From positions 1,920,001 through 1,952,000 of the forward strand of contig NZ_LT934425.1 in the NCBI RefSeq assembly GCF_900232105.1: a stretch of 32,000 nucleotides of DNA. The letters are read 5' to 3'. The position numbers were made by a program, and so were the translations under genes. This DNA comes from Candidatus Kuenenia stuttgartensis. Lineage in GTDB: Bacteria; Planctomycetota; Brocadiia; Brocadiales; Brocadiaceae. Position 1 is the first letter of the stretch; every line of letters begins with the position of its first letter. Of the stretch, positions 9,110 to 18,961 are shown piece by piece. Below the pieces are notes generated by a model. That model saw nothing but the letters and a program-made list of their open reading frames with translations, did no database searches and had not been told where the DNA came from.

Positions 9110-9523
9110 ATGGAGACAGATAAGAAAGGTTTGGCGATCATATTTCATAGCGGTTCTTACGACCGCATTTATCACGGTTTTTCCATAGTCCTTGTAGCCC
9201 TGGCATTAGGCAGAGAGGTAAGGTGTTTTTTTACCTATTGGGCATTAGAATATCTGATAAAAGGAAAGTCTGTGTTCCAGCTTAATGAAGAGGGACAGAC
9301 TCACAGGAAACTATTAGAAGCGCATATGAGAAAGGGCCATATTCAGGAAATATCTGAACTTTTAACTCAATCTAAGGCAATGGGTGCAAAGTTTTATGTG
9401 TGTACCAATTCTATGGGCTTGTTAAACATATCGCGGGATGAACTTGTAAATGAGGTTGATAAGAGTATGGGGTTAACCACATTTCTTGCAGAGACGGGTC
9501 AGGATCAAATCCTGTTTATTTAA
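9110..9523 (+). CDS. DsrE/DsrF-like family protein
   Basis: GLAIIFHSGSYDRIYHGFSIVLVALALGREVRCFFTYWAL...ACxx-type region GAKFYVCTNSMGLL. Confidence 0.65.
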   Translation: METDKKGLAIIFHSGSYDRIYHGFSIVLVALALGREVRCFFTYWALEYLIKGKSVFQLNEEGQTHRKLLEAHMRKGHIQEISELLTQSKAMGAKFYVCTNSMGLLNISRDELVNEVDKSMGLTTFLAETGQDQILFI

Positions 9524-9648
9524 TTTATGAAAGAATGATAAAAGAAAAATAACTTGCAATTTTTCTTTATTTTTCTAAATTGATCATTTGATGAAAAAAA
9601 GTAATTTCCTATCATCTATCATCTAAAAAAGAAGAGTGGGCTTTGCGT

Positions 9649-10287
9649 ATGAACGAGAATGTAATCGCTAACAAAAATAATTTTTTGAAGGTCAAAAAAC
9701 GCCAGATCAGTGACGAACAAATCCGTAAATTTGAGGGATATGCCGCCGAGATATTTACCACGCTGGGGCTGAATTTGAATACCGCAGCCACAAAGGAAAC
9801 GCCCCACCGTTTTATCAATGCTCTTATCGAGTCGACTGAGGGTTATGACGGCGATCCTAAATTAGTTAAGGTGTTTGAAACCGAGTGCCGCGGCGGGCCC
9901 GATTGTCGCCTGAGTCAGATAATCGAAGGCCCGATTCGCTTTTTCGCGCTCTGCGAACATCACTGCCTGCCGTTTTACGGCGTGGTCTATGTCGGCTATA
10001 TCTCACATGAACATATTATCGGTCTTTCCAAACTCACGCGTCTGGTGCATCTTTTTTCGCGTCGTTTTGAGGTACAGGAACGAATCGGTCAGCAGATCGC
10101 CGACACCCTCAACCAACTTCTTCTTCCTCACGGCGTCGCTGTATACATTGAGGCGCATCACTTATGCGTCGAGATGCGCGGCGTTAAAGAAATCTCTTCC
10201 ATTAGCCGCACGACGTTTTGGCGTGGAAATTATGATGGCGATCCGGCGCTGCGGGCGGAATTTCTGGCGGCATGCGGAAAGAAATAA
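9649..10287 (+). CDS. folE: GTP cyclohydrolase I
   Basis: CEHHCLPFYGVVYVGYI, GLSKLTRLVHLFSRRFEVQERI, EAHHLCVEMRGV; all hallmark motifs. Confidence 0.96.
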   Translation: MNENVIANKNNFLKVKKRQISDEQIRKFEGYAAEIFTTLGLNLNTAATKETPHRFINALIESTEGYDGDPKLVKVFETECRGGPDCRLSQIIEGPIRFFALCEHHCLPFYGVVYVGYISHEHIIGLSKLTRLVHLFSRRFEVQERIGQQIADTLNQLLLPHGVAVYIEAHHLCVEMRGVKEISSISRTTFWRGNYDGDPALRAEFLAACGKK

Positions 10288-10311
10288 TGATAGTATAACG
10301 CGAGGACTTTG

Positions 10312-11076
10312 ATGTCGACATTGCAAAACACAAAACGAGCATATTTGATCACCGGTGCAGCCAATCGGATCGGCCGGACATTAGCACTAAATCTAGCTCA
10401 TCAAGCCTCCGTCGTAGTCATTCATTATCGCTCGTCTCAATCCGCCGCTGAAGAATTGGCCAAAGAAATCCGCGACAACGGAACCACGACCTTTACAATT
10501 GCCGCAAACCTTGAATCCCCTGCTGAGGCGCAAAATCTGCTCAAGCGAGTATGGGATATAGCAGGTCCGATAGATGTGCTAATTAACAATGCCTCTATTT
10601 TTGAAACCGGCCGCCTTACTGAAATTTCAATGGACGACATCCAGCGTAACATGATGACCAATGCCTTCGCTCCGTTTCTGCTTTCCCGTTCGTTTGCCCG
10701 GTTGAACAAGGATCGTGCGTCGGCCGTGCTGCCGGTAATCATTAATTTTCTTGATTCACGTATTACCGGGTACGACCGTCAGCACGTCGCGTATCATCTG
10801 GCGAAGCGCGCACTCTTTGCGCTGACAAAAATGATGGCGCTAGAATTTGCCCCTAATGTCCGCGCCAACGCTATTGCGCCGGGTCTGATACTGCCGCCGG
10901 CCGGTAAAGATCGGGCTTATCTTGAGCAGCTTAAATCCGCCAATCCACTCAATAGCATCGGTAGTGCCGACCAGATCACGACTGCCGTCCGCTTTCTGAT
11001 CGATAACGAATTTGTCACCGGCCAGGTCATTTATGTCGATGGCGGCAGACACCTTATTGGCAATACGTACGGATAA
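10312..11076 (+). CDS. Short-chain dehydrogenase, pteridine-reductase-like (PTR1/FolM type)
   Basis: YLITGAANRIGRTLAL, INNAS, YHLAKRALFALTKMMALEFAP, VDGGRHL; sits between folE and folB. Confidence 0.85.
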   Translation: MSTLQNTKRAYLITGAANRIGRTLALNLAHQASVVVIHYRSSQSAAEELAKEIRDNGTTTFTIAANLESPAEAQNLLKRVWDIAGPIDVLINNASIFETGRLTEISMDDIQRNMMTNAFAPFLLSRSFARLNKDRASAVLPVIINFLDSRITGYDRQHVAYHLAKRALFALTKMMALEFAPNVRANAIAPGLILPPAGKDRAYLEQLKSANPLNSIGSADQITTAVRFLIDNEFVTGQVIYVDGGRHLIGNTYG

Positions 11077-11192
11077 AGAGTTATGGTATCTCTCAAAAAA
11101 AACAGTGTAAAAACCCGTTTTTAATTTATCTAAAGCCAGCCTTTATGCGGGCTTTACTTTCTAACAAATAGCATTTACCATGAAATTTTGAG

Positions 11193-11579
11193 ATGATACG
11201 ATTTATGGATAGAGAAAAGCTCGACAAAATTAGTATTACCGATCTGCTGCTTCGATGCGTTATCGGCCTAAACGACTGGGAACGCACGCAAAAACAGGAT
11301 GTGCTAATCAACATTACTCTTTATGCCGATTTGAGTCGTCCCTGTAAAAGCGACCGCATCAAAGATTCCATTGACTACAAAGAAATTAAAAAACAGGTAA
11401 TCACAATAGTGGAAAGCTCAAGTTTCTATCTCGTTGAGCGGCTGGCAGACAGCATCGCGCAGATTTGTCTTACACACCCGGTCGTCAAGGCCGTAACTAT
11501 ACGAGTTGATAAACCCGGTGCACTGCGATACGCAAAAAGCGTCAGTGTTGAAATTTTCAGGATGCGCAACGATGACTGA
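11193..11579 (+). CDS. folB: Dihydroneopterin aldolase
   Basis: DKISITDLLLRCVIGLNDWERTQKQDVLINITLYAD...DYKEIKKQV...YLVERLADSIAQI...VRVDKPGA-like. Confidence 0.9.
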   Translation: MIRFMDREKLDKISITDLLLRCVIGLNDWERTQKQDVLINITLYADLSRPCKSDRIKDSIDYKEIKKQVITIVESSSFYLVERLADSIAQICLTHPVVKAVTIRVDKPGALRYAKSVSVEIFRMRNDD

Positions 11580-12114
11580 AATATTGCATACTAGGCCTGT
11601 GGTCGATGCCTTTATTGCCGTTGGCTCAAATATTGATCCGCAGGACAACATTTGCCGAGCCTTAACTATGCTCTGCACACAAATGCCGATTGCCGCCATA
11701 TCGAATTTTTACAAGACCGTCGCAGTCAGTGCCTCTGAGCAACCTGATTTTCTAAACGGCGTTGTCAGAATTAAAACCGATCATCAACCGCGCGAAATAA
11801 AATTTGATATCCTGCGAAAAATTGAAGTACGCCTTGGCCGCGTGCGCTCTGTAGATAAATTCGCACCACGAACTATCGACCTCGACCTCATTCTGTACGG
11901 AACATCAGTAATTAATGATCCCGATCTTCGCCTGCCAGATCCGTCAATTTACACTTATTCGTTTGTGACCGTTCCACTTATAGAACTTGCACCTGACCTT
12001 GTCCTGCCGGATACCGGCAAACAACTTTCAACCGAACCTGTAACAAAACTTAAAATCGCCCTGCACCTTGAAAGCGAATTCACCGACATGCTTCGCCGCC
12101 TCATTTTGCGTTGA
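11572..12114 (+). CDS. folK: 2-amino-4-hydroxy-6-hydroxymethyldihydropteridine pyrophosphokinase
   Basis: IAVGSNIDPQDNI, PDFLNGVVRI, FAPRTIDLDLILYG. The start overlaps the end of folB. Confidence 0.93.
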   Translation: MTEILHTRPVVDAFIAVGSNIDPQDNICRALTMLCTQMPIAAISNFYKTVAVSASEQPDFLNGVVRIKTDHQPREIKFDILRKIEVRLGRVRSVDKFAPRTIDLDLILYGTSVINDPDLRLPDPSIYTYSFVTVPLIELAPDLVLPDTGKQLSTEPVTKLKIALHLESEFTDMLRRLILR

Positions 12115-12285
12115 CAGGCTACTCATTGAATAAAAATGCTAAAACTTAATAACATTGGGGTAGTAAGGAAGAGTGATATCGTCTATTGTGTAAGCTATCT
12201 TGTCGGGACCAGGGGCTAAAGATTACATATTATGGAAGAATTGCTAAAGTAACTTTATGGAAAATAAATATATAAAAAATGCGCT

Positions 12286-12816
12286 ATGAAGAAACCTGTA
12301 ATCTTTACCATTGGCCATTCTACTCGGCAAATAGATGAATTTATAAAACTGTTGCAGATATACAGCGTTAAAGTAGTGGTGGATGTGAGGACAATACCGA
12401 AATCTCGCCATAACCCACAATTTAATGAAGAGGATCTCAAGCAATCATTGCGGAAGGTGCATATCCGTTACAAGCATCTAAAGAAGCTTGGTGGATTGCG
12501 CCACACAACAAAAGATTCGTTAAATCTCGGTTGGCGCAACGCCTCATTTAGAGGATTCGCCGATTACATGGCAACGCCTGAATTTTCAGAAGGTTTGGAA
12601 AGCCTTATAAAGATCGCTAGTTTGAGAGAAACAACTATCATGTGTGCCGAAGCCGTGCCGTGGCGATGTCACCGCTCGCTCATTGCCGACGCACTCACGA
12701 AAAGAGGGTGGACAGTGAAAGACATCATGAGTCGCACCTCCGCCACAAAGCACCGCCTGACCCCTTTTTTGAAAGTAAAGAAAGGGCAACTCATATATCC
12801 CGGACCTAAAACATGA
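12286..12816 (+). CDS. DUF488 domain protein
   Basis: FTIGHSTRQIDEFIKLL...VVVDVRTIPKSRHNPQF...YKHLKKLGGLR...MCAEAVPWRCHRSLIADAL. Confidence 0.92.
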   Translation: MKKPVIFTIGHSTRQIDEFIKLLQIYSVKVVVDVRTIPKSRHNPQFNEEDLKQSLRKVHIRYKHLKKLGGLRHTTKDSLNLGWRNASFRGFADYMATPEFSEGLESLIKIASLRETTIMCAEAVPWRCHRSLIADALTKRGWTVKDIMSRTSATKHRLTPFLKVKKGQLIYPGPKT

Positions 12817-13325
12817 TTCGCTATAGATACAAGAAGCCGGTAATACTTTTCGTGGGTATTAATCCCCATCCCGGATCGTTCAATCGTCGCGTGCCGTTTT
12901 CCAACAATAAGCTCTTTTGGTACCTCCTCTCGGAAGCCGGTCTCATTAAGGAGAAAAGAGAAGAATTACGTGACGACAAGACACTGGAGCGTGTCTACAA
13001 AGAAAAATTTAATACGGTATATGAGCTTGGATTCGTGAACATTATTGATAGACCGACACGAGATATAACAGGGATTAAGAAGCACGAGGAGTTGCCCGGA
13101 CGTAAAAAGATTTCTCGTATTATAAAAGCCGAGATGCCGAAGGTGGTCTGCTTCATCGGCAAAGTCACTTATGAAAAGTACGCCGGATCAAAGGATTTCT
13201 CTTTTGGCTGGCAAGAAAATATAGGCGCGTCAAAAGTCTTTGTCATGCATTTCCCTTTACGCGGCGAAGCCCTTATTAGAGTCCGGGAATTGCAAGAGAT
13301 TAAGCGAACTATCCAAAGTCTATGA
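12813..13325 (+). CDS. Mug/TDG-like uracil-DNA glycosylase family protein
   Basis: ILFVGINPHPGSFNRRVPFSNNKLFWYLLSEAGLI..., GFVNIIDRPTRDI, CFIGKVTYEKY. ATGA overlap with the upstream gene. Confidence 0.8.
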   Translation: MIRYRYKKPVILFVGINPHPGSFNRRVPFSNNKLFWYLLSEAGLIKEKREELRDDKTLERVYKEKFNTVYELGFVNIIDRPTRDITGIKKHEELPGRKKISRIIKAEMPKVVCFIGKVTYEKYAGSKDFSFGWQENIGASKVFVMHFPLRGEALIRVRELQEIKRTIQSL

Positions 13326-13685
13326 TACTGGGTTCATTGGTAGTGGTTTAGTTATATGGGTATATGTGCCGTAAATCAAGCATTCAATCAAAGAGCACTG
13401 TTCCACTGGCATCAGTCGTCGGACGTATGCGCTCTGGTTTTTGGTCGCCTTACTTCTTTTGATTCACGCAGTTATGATTATGATCCGCGACATCGTCTTT
13501 ATTTTATTGCAAGCGGTCAACGCACCCCTTACTTTGGTGATTCTTCTTTTTACAGGGAAATATAAAAAAGGAATATGTCCAATTCACAAAATTGGAAAGA
13601 ATCCGTTTTGATATATGGAATTTTTTAAGTTGTAGCCGCAAATTACGTTTACAAGAAACCGCTGAATTGATATAATTAACCACAT

Positions 13686-14396
13686 ATGAAACTAAACCTT
13701 ATTCGTAGAAAAACGGAAGCTCCGGATGTCGAATCGTTTGTCTTCAGTCCCACAGAACCTCTCACCTGGAAAGCCGGACAGTTTCTCCACTATGTACTCC
13801 ATCACGAGCCGACAGATAATCGTGGCTCAGATCGGTGGTTTACGGTAGCCTCGGCTCCGTTTGAGAAAGAGATAATGATTACGACAAGGCTAACTAGCGA
13901 AAAAGGGAGCAGCTTCAAGGCTGCACTTAACGCTTTACAGGTAGGCGAGTCGATAGAAATATCCGACATAGACGGCGATTTCATCGTGGACGATCCGACG
14001 CAGGAGTATGTCTTCATCGCAGGCGGTATCGGCATCACACCATTCCACTCCATACTTAAAGAAGCGGATCACGTAGATCTAAAACTACACGCAACGTTAT
14101 TGTATGCCAACCGCGATCACAACATCCCATATAAAGAGGGGTTGGAGAAATTCGCAAAAAATAATCCAAACCTTGTCATGCATTATGTCATCGCTCCCGA
14201 GCGTATAGACGAAAACACATTTAAAAAACTGGTGCCGGATATACAAACACCAGTCTTTTATGTTTCGGGTCCCACGCCGATGGTGGAGAGCCTGGGTGGC
14301 ATCTTAAAAAGAATGGGTATTGCGGCAGATCGTATAAAGCAGGATTATTTCCCAGGCTATACTGACGAACTGTATTCTGCTCGAAATACATTCTAA
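13686..14396 (+). CDS. FNR-like FAD/NAD(P)-binding oxidoreductase
   Basis: DRWFTVASAPFEKEIMITTRL, YVFIAGGIGITPFHSIL, YVSGPTPMVESLGGIL, QDYFPGY. Confidence 0.88.
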   Translation: MKLNLIRRKTEAPDVESFVFSPTEPLTWKAGQFLHYVLHHEPTDNRGSDRWFTVASAPFEKEIMITTRLTSEKGSSFKAALNALQVGESIEISDIDGDFIVDDPTQEYVFIAGGIGITPFHSILKEADHVDLKLHATLLYANRDHNIPYKEGLEKFAKNNPNLVMHYVIAPERIDENTFKKLVPDIQTPVFYVSGPTPMVESLGGILKRMGIAADRIKQDYFPGYTDELYSARNTF

Positions 14397-14440
14397 TTTT
14401 GTCCAACAAACACCGTAAATAAATTTGCTATAATCGAATT

Positions 14441-15575
14441 ATGACCAATGAAAAATTAATACAATCGGGTGTTGCGGGTGGAATTGCCGCTGCCTTCAAC
14501 GCGCCTATTACCGGTATATTTTTAGCGTTGGAGATTATTTAGGAGAACCTGAACGTAAACGCCTTTGGCATCGTTGCATTGGCGGCAGCCGTGGCCGCGT
14601 CTGTGTTTACTCTGGTCGTATCAGGGGCTCCTCCTGCGTTTCACATCCCTGCATATACAATTAACTCAGCATGTGAATAGTCGCTCTATTTTGTGTTAGG
14701 AGTGCTCTCCGGGCTTAGTGCTGCATTCTATATTCGCTTGCATCATTTCACGCGGGATATCTTTGATACATGGAATGCCCCGCGCTGGTTTAAACCAGTT
14801 GCTGCCGGTCTCGCCGTTAGCCTCGTTGGAATTTATCTACCGCAGGTGCTTAGCACAGGTTATGCAACAACTGGAAATATCTTAGACGGCAAACCGCTTT
14901 CGGTTACTCTCCTGCTTTCGCTGGCATTATCCAGACTGGTGCTAACGCCGATTTGTATCTGTGGTGGTTTCCACGGCGGTGTGTTTGCGCCTGCCCTTTT
15001 TTCCGGTGCTTCACTTGGGGCTGCTTATGGACTCGTTGCTAAACAGGTTTTTCATTCTCTCAACATTTCACCACCTGCCATTGTGATGGTCGGGTGGCGG
15101 CCGTCCTTGCAGGCACAATACGTGCACCGATTGCCTCGTTCATGTTACTATTTGAAATGACTCATGGTTATCGGATCATTCTGCCGTTGATAGCTGCGGT
15201 AAACGTCAGCACGATTCAGTATATACCTTGGGATTGACGTTCAAGGGTATACGTCTGCAACGATGGCGTGACGTTGACGTTTTGGAAACAATTACGGTTG
15301 ACAATGTCATGGAGACGGAGATCGACACTTTGCGGGAATCTGATTCGTTGACAGTGGCAATCGATTTACTTATGCGTAAACGATATCACGGCTTACCAGT
15401 GCTCAATGACGATGGTGAATTGACTGGCATTATCACCGTGCAAGATATTGATCACATACAGAGTGACGGTAGTGATATGATGCACACCATAGGTTTGCTG
15501 CGCAATACCGGTATTGCACGCACCTACGATCTGGCAGTAACCCGCCGTGCTGCAATTCGGCATAGTGCTTATTAA
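14441..15575 (+). pseudogene. ClC-type chloride channel/antiporter with C-terminal CBS domains, 5'-truncated and multiply disrupted
   Basis: GVAGGIAAAFNAPITGIFLALEII-stop; reading resumes across the stops near 14534 and 14677; GGFHGGVFAPALFSGASLGAAYG; frame loss near 15080-15160; CBS segment VMETEIDTLRESDSLTVAIDLLMRKRYHGLPVLNDDGELTGIITVQDI. Confidence 0.88.
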
Positions 15576-15682
15576 GTGCGACTAAGGGAGTTTGATTATG
15601 CAGAAATTTTTAAATCGAATCAATGATATACCATCGTCGTTTTGATTACTTTACGAAGAATGCATAAGGAGAATGTAAAACA

Positions 15683-15841
15683 ATGGAAAGATACAAATGT
15701 ATAATTTGTGGATATATCTACGACCCTAAATTTGGTGATCCTGACCATGGAATTAATCCTGGCACAAGCTTTCAGAATTTACCTGATGATTGGGTCTGTC
15801 CTCTGTGTGGCGCTCCAAAGGAACAGTTTGAACAAATTTGA
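15683..15841 (+). CDS. Rubredoxin (52 aa, absent from the supplied ORF track)
   Basis: [52 protein letters not shown]; aaggagaa upstream. Confidence 0.95.
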   Translation: MERYKCIICGYIYDPKFGDPDHGINPGTSFQNLPDDWVCPLCGAPKEQFEQI

Positions 15842-15949
15842 AATTTTTGATTGAATGAGTAAAAAGGGTATTTCCTTTGTTTTTCTCAAAGCAAGGTTTT
15901 GGCGTATTTATCAGTTACTATAATAACGGATTCACAAGGAAACAGACGT

Positions 15950-16297
15950 ATGGATCAGGATAAGAAACATGCTCATATCACAACACTTGGATCTAAACCT
16001 GCACGATTAATTGATTTGATAAATTACCAGGATTGCTCAGTGGTGAGCCGGGAGATCATGACTAAAAAGACAGGAACTATAACGGTGTTCGCCTTTGATG
16101 AAGGGCAGGGGTTGAGTGAACATACCGCGCCATTCGATGCCTTAGTTTATCTTCTTGAGGGTGAAGTGGAAATTGTTATATCTGGCAATCCCCTTCGCCT
16201 GAAAGAGGGCGAAATTGTTATCATGCCAGCCAACCAACCACATGCGCTGAAAGCAATAAAAAAATTTAAGATGCTGCTGACTATGATAAGGTCTTAA
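15950..16297 (+). CDS. Cupin-domain protein
   Basis: TGTITVFAFDEGQGLSEHTAPFDALVYLLEGEVEIVISGNPLRLKEGEIVIMPANQPHALKA. Confidence 0.9.
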   Translation: MDQDKKHAHITTLGSKPARLIDLINYQDCSVVSREIMTKKTGTITVFAFDEGQGLSEHTAPFDALVYLLEGEVEIVISGNPLRLKEGEIVIMPANQPHALKAIKKFKMLLTMIRS

Positions 16298-16396
16298 TTT
16301 CATTGCCCAGTGATACTGTATAATGGGCAAGGGTGGATTAAGGCCGATAGGCCGAATCCACCGGAATAATTTTAGATTTATTCGAAGGTATCAGTC

Positions 16397-17605
16397 ATGG
16401 AATCCAAAAAAAATATCGTTGTCGTGGGAGCAGGCTACGGAGGAATTACGTCTGTATTGCGATTAGCAAGGTTGTTCCGTAAGCACCCCGAATATCAAAT
16501 ACACCTTATAGATAGAAATCCCTATCATACGCTCAAGACACAATTACACGAGGCCGCCGTGCGAAAAAGGGAGGTATCTATTCCTATTAATCGCATTATA
16601 CAAGGGAGAAACATTATCTTTCATCTTGGAGAAGTAACCAGGATTGATGCGAAAGAACATATCGTTTACATGGAAGGCGGGGCTTTACCCTTTCATTACT
16701 TGGTAATTGCACTTGGAAGTCAGGTAAATTTCCATAACATCCCTGGATTACAGGAAAATTCTTTCTCGCTTCAGACATTGAGAGACGCCCAACAAATCTA
16801 TGCACATATTGATAAACTATGTGCACGTGCGGCATCAGAACCGAACGAGGAACTACGAAGAGATATGCTTCGGTTTGTCATTGGCGGTGGTGGTTTATCG
16901 GGGATAGAATTTGCCGCTGAACTTGCCGACTATACTGTTCATTGCACCCATAACTGTCACGTGAATTCTAATGAGGTTGAAATTATCATCGTAGAATCTG
17001 GTGACCACATAGTGCCAAGAATGGAGGCATCCTTTGCGACACGTATTCATAAAAAACTCCTTGAGAAAGGTGTAAAAATCATAACAAGAACAAAAATCAT
17101 TAGTCGGACATCAGACACTACAACTCTTTCATCGGGTGAAGTGGTGAAAACGAAAACGGTGATTTGGACGGGAGGCACTCGTATTCATGAACTCATTGGA
17201 GAAAGTGGAATGAAAATCGGACAATCAGGACGTATTGTTGTTGATGAGTTTCTTCAGGTAGAAGGTTATCCTTTCATTTATGCCATTGGTGATAATGCCC
17301 TTGCAATAAATCCCTACTCAAAACAACCTGTTCCCGCTGCTGCCCAGTTTGCATTACAGCAAGGACGATTGGTAGCATACAATGTCTACGCGGATATTTT
17401 TAGGGGCATGAGAAAACCATATCACCCAAAAGTTCTGGGTGAAGTCGTCAGCCTGGGAAGACATCTTGCCGTTGGATGGTTCGCACTCCCCTTACTGAAG
17501 AAAATTACCTTTGTTGGTTTTTTGGGAAGTCTTCTTAAAACAGCAATTCAGGAAAAACACATCTTTCTCTTAAGAAAAGAGAGTAGAAACTGGATAACAT
17601 ATTAA
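16397..17605 (+). CDS. NAD(P)/FAD-dependent oxidoreductase, type II NADH dehydrogenase-like
   Basis: NIVVVGAGYGGITSVLRLAR...NPYHTLKTQLHEAAV...YLVIALGSQVNF...FVIGGGGLSGIEFAAEL...YAIGDNA...PAAAQFALQQGRLVAYN. Confidence 0.92.
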   Translation: MESKKNIVVVGAGYGGITSVLRLARLFRKHPEYQIHLIDRNPYHTLKTQLHEAAVRKREVSIPINRIIQGRNIIFHLGEVTRIDAKEHIVYMEGGALPFHYLVIALGSQVNFHNIPGLQENSFSLQTLRDAQQIYAHIDKLCARAASEPNEELRRDMLRFVIGGGGLSGIEFAAELADYTVHCTHNCHVNSNEVEIIIVESGDHIVPRMEASFATRIHKKLLEKGVKIITRTKIISRTSDTTTLSSGEVVKTKTVIWTGGTRIHELIGESGMKIGQSGRIVVDEFLQVEGYPFIYAIGDNALAINPYSKQPVPAAAQFALQQGRLVAYNVYADIFRGMRKPYHPKVLGEVVSLGRHLAVGWFALPLLKKITFVGFLGSLLKTAIQEKHIFLLRKESRNWITY

Positions 17606-18079
17606 CAAATTTGCTTTCATAATAATGAAAGTATTAAGGTGACAGTTGTTGAACTTCTCTATCAAATCCTTCCTCCCTTGGATAAAGATATGGCATTGCT
17701 CGTCCAGAAACACGTTCGGATGATGGAAAATCTTTTGAGGGAAATGGCGGTGGTGCCGTGACAAAAGTTATCATAGGCAAACAACTGCTACCGGCAGATA
17801 TATACTGTAAGAGTTCACAAATAGGGATTTCTAAAATTAGATTTAACCTCTGTAAACATAATCTGTAAACATAAATAGTTATAGCATTTTTGTAATCACA
17901 TTTTGTGAACTCCTTGAGTATAATTATTCTTCCCATTATGAATTGCCTTAGGTTCTACGGCAATCAAAATAATTGTAACACTTTAGTTCTTTGAAAAATT
18001 AATAGCGAAAAAAGGTAAAAAAAGCTGGCGTCTGTTTTTCCTTTGTGGTATAAAAGGCTTCAATAAAGGGAAACAGTTT

Positions 18080-18961
18080 ATGAAGCCTATCATATTCCAA
18101 TACCGTTCACGAAAACTGCATGCGGACGATATCGCCTTTATAAAGGCGCTCATCGAGCAGCATTTTCTCAGAGGTCGGACTTATATTTCCTGCGAACTAT
18201 GCAAGCATTGGAACTGGGTGCAGCCCAATGGCAAACATAAAGAATACGCAGCACGAGACCTCCTTTTGAGATTAGAAGAACAGGGATTGATAACGCTTCC
18301 TCCACGTATACGGGCCAAAAACAATCTGAAACCCAAGGTCTTTGTCCAGACACCCCTTTTCGTCAGGAGACCACTAGAAGGTAAAATCACAGAGTATGAA
18401 AACCTGACAATCCATGTGGTAAAAGACCCTCAGGAAAGATATCTCTGGGAGTATCTCTTCCAACACTATCACTACCTCGGCAATCCCCGGCTTGTTGGCG
18501 AACACCTCAGACACATCGTACGTATAGGCAATCAGGTTGTTGCCTGCCTGGGGTGGGCAAGCGCCGCATGGAAAGTCAAAGACCGTGATCGTTTCATTGA
18601 ATGGGATGAGACGACTAAACGTACACACTTACATTTGATTGCAAATAACGTACGATTTCTCATTCTACCATGGGTTAAGATCAAACACCTTGCATCCAAG
18701 GTATTGTCACTTGCCCTCAGACGTCTGTCAGATGACTGGAATACCGTTTACGGCCATCCCGTTTATTTAGCCGAAACCTTTGTTGATACCGCGCGGTTTA
18801 AGGGTACCTGCTATCAGGCGGCCAATTGGATTCGTGCTGGCAAAACCAAAGGGAGCGCAAAACGGGGCAATCGCTATCTGTATCATGGCCAACCTAAGGA
18901 TCTCTACCTCTACCCTCTTCAAAAAAACTTTCGGAGGTTTCTTGACTGTGACCAGGGATGA
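18080..18961 (+). CDS. DUF4338 (DruA-like) protein, IS66-associated
   Basis: LFQHYHYLGNPRLVGEHLRHIVRIGNQVVACLGWASAAWKVKDRDRFIEW...LIANNVRFLILP...ASKVLSLALRRLSDDWNTVYGHPVYLAETFVDTARFKGTCYQAANWIRAG. Confidence 0.85.
   Translation: MKPIIFQYRSRKLHADDIAFIKALIEQHFLRGRTYISCELCKHWNWVQPNGKHKEYAARDLLLRLEEQGLITLPPRIRAKNNLKPKVFVQTPLFVRRPLEGKITEYENLTIHVVKDPQERYLWEYLFQHYHYLGNPRLVGEHLRHIVRIGNQVVACLGWASAAWKVKDRDRFIEWDETTKRTHLHLIANNVRFLILPWVKIKHLASKVLSLALRRLSDDWNTVYGHPVYLAETFVDTARFKGTCYQAANWIRAGKTKGSAKRGNRYLYHGQPKDLYLYPLQKNFRRFLDCDQG

Noticed and set aside
13356-13565. 69-aa plus-strand ORF
   Set aside because: Another frame has a more plausible hydrophobic peptide (YALWFLVALLLLIHAVMIMIRDIVFILLQ), but neither frame gives a supportable gene.
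17634-17936. 100-aa minus-strand ORF between NDH-2-like gene and IS66
   Set aside because: No RBS or family motif that I could recognise. The opposite strand also contains short protein-like stretches, so this may be gene debris.
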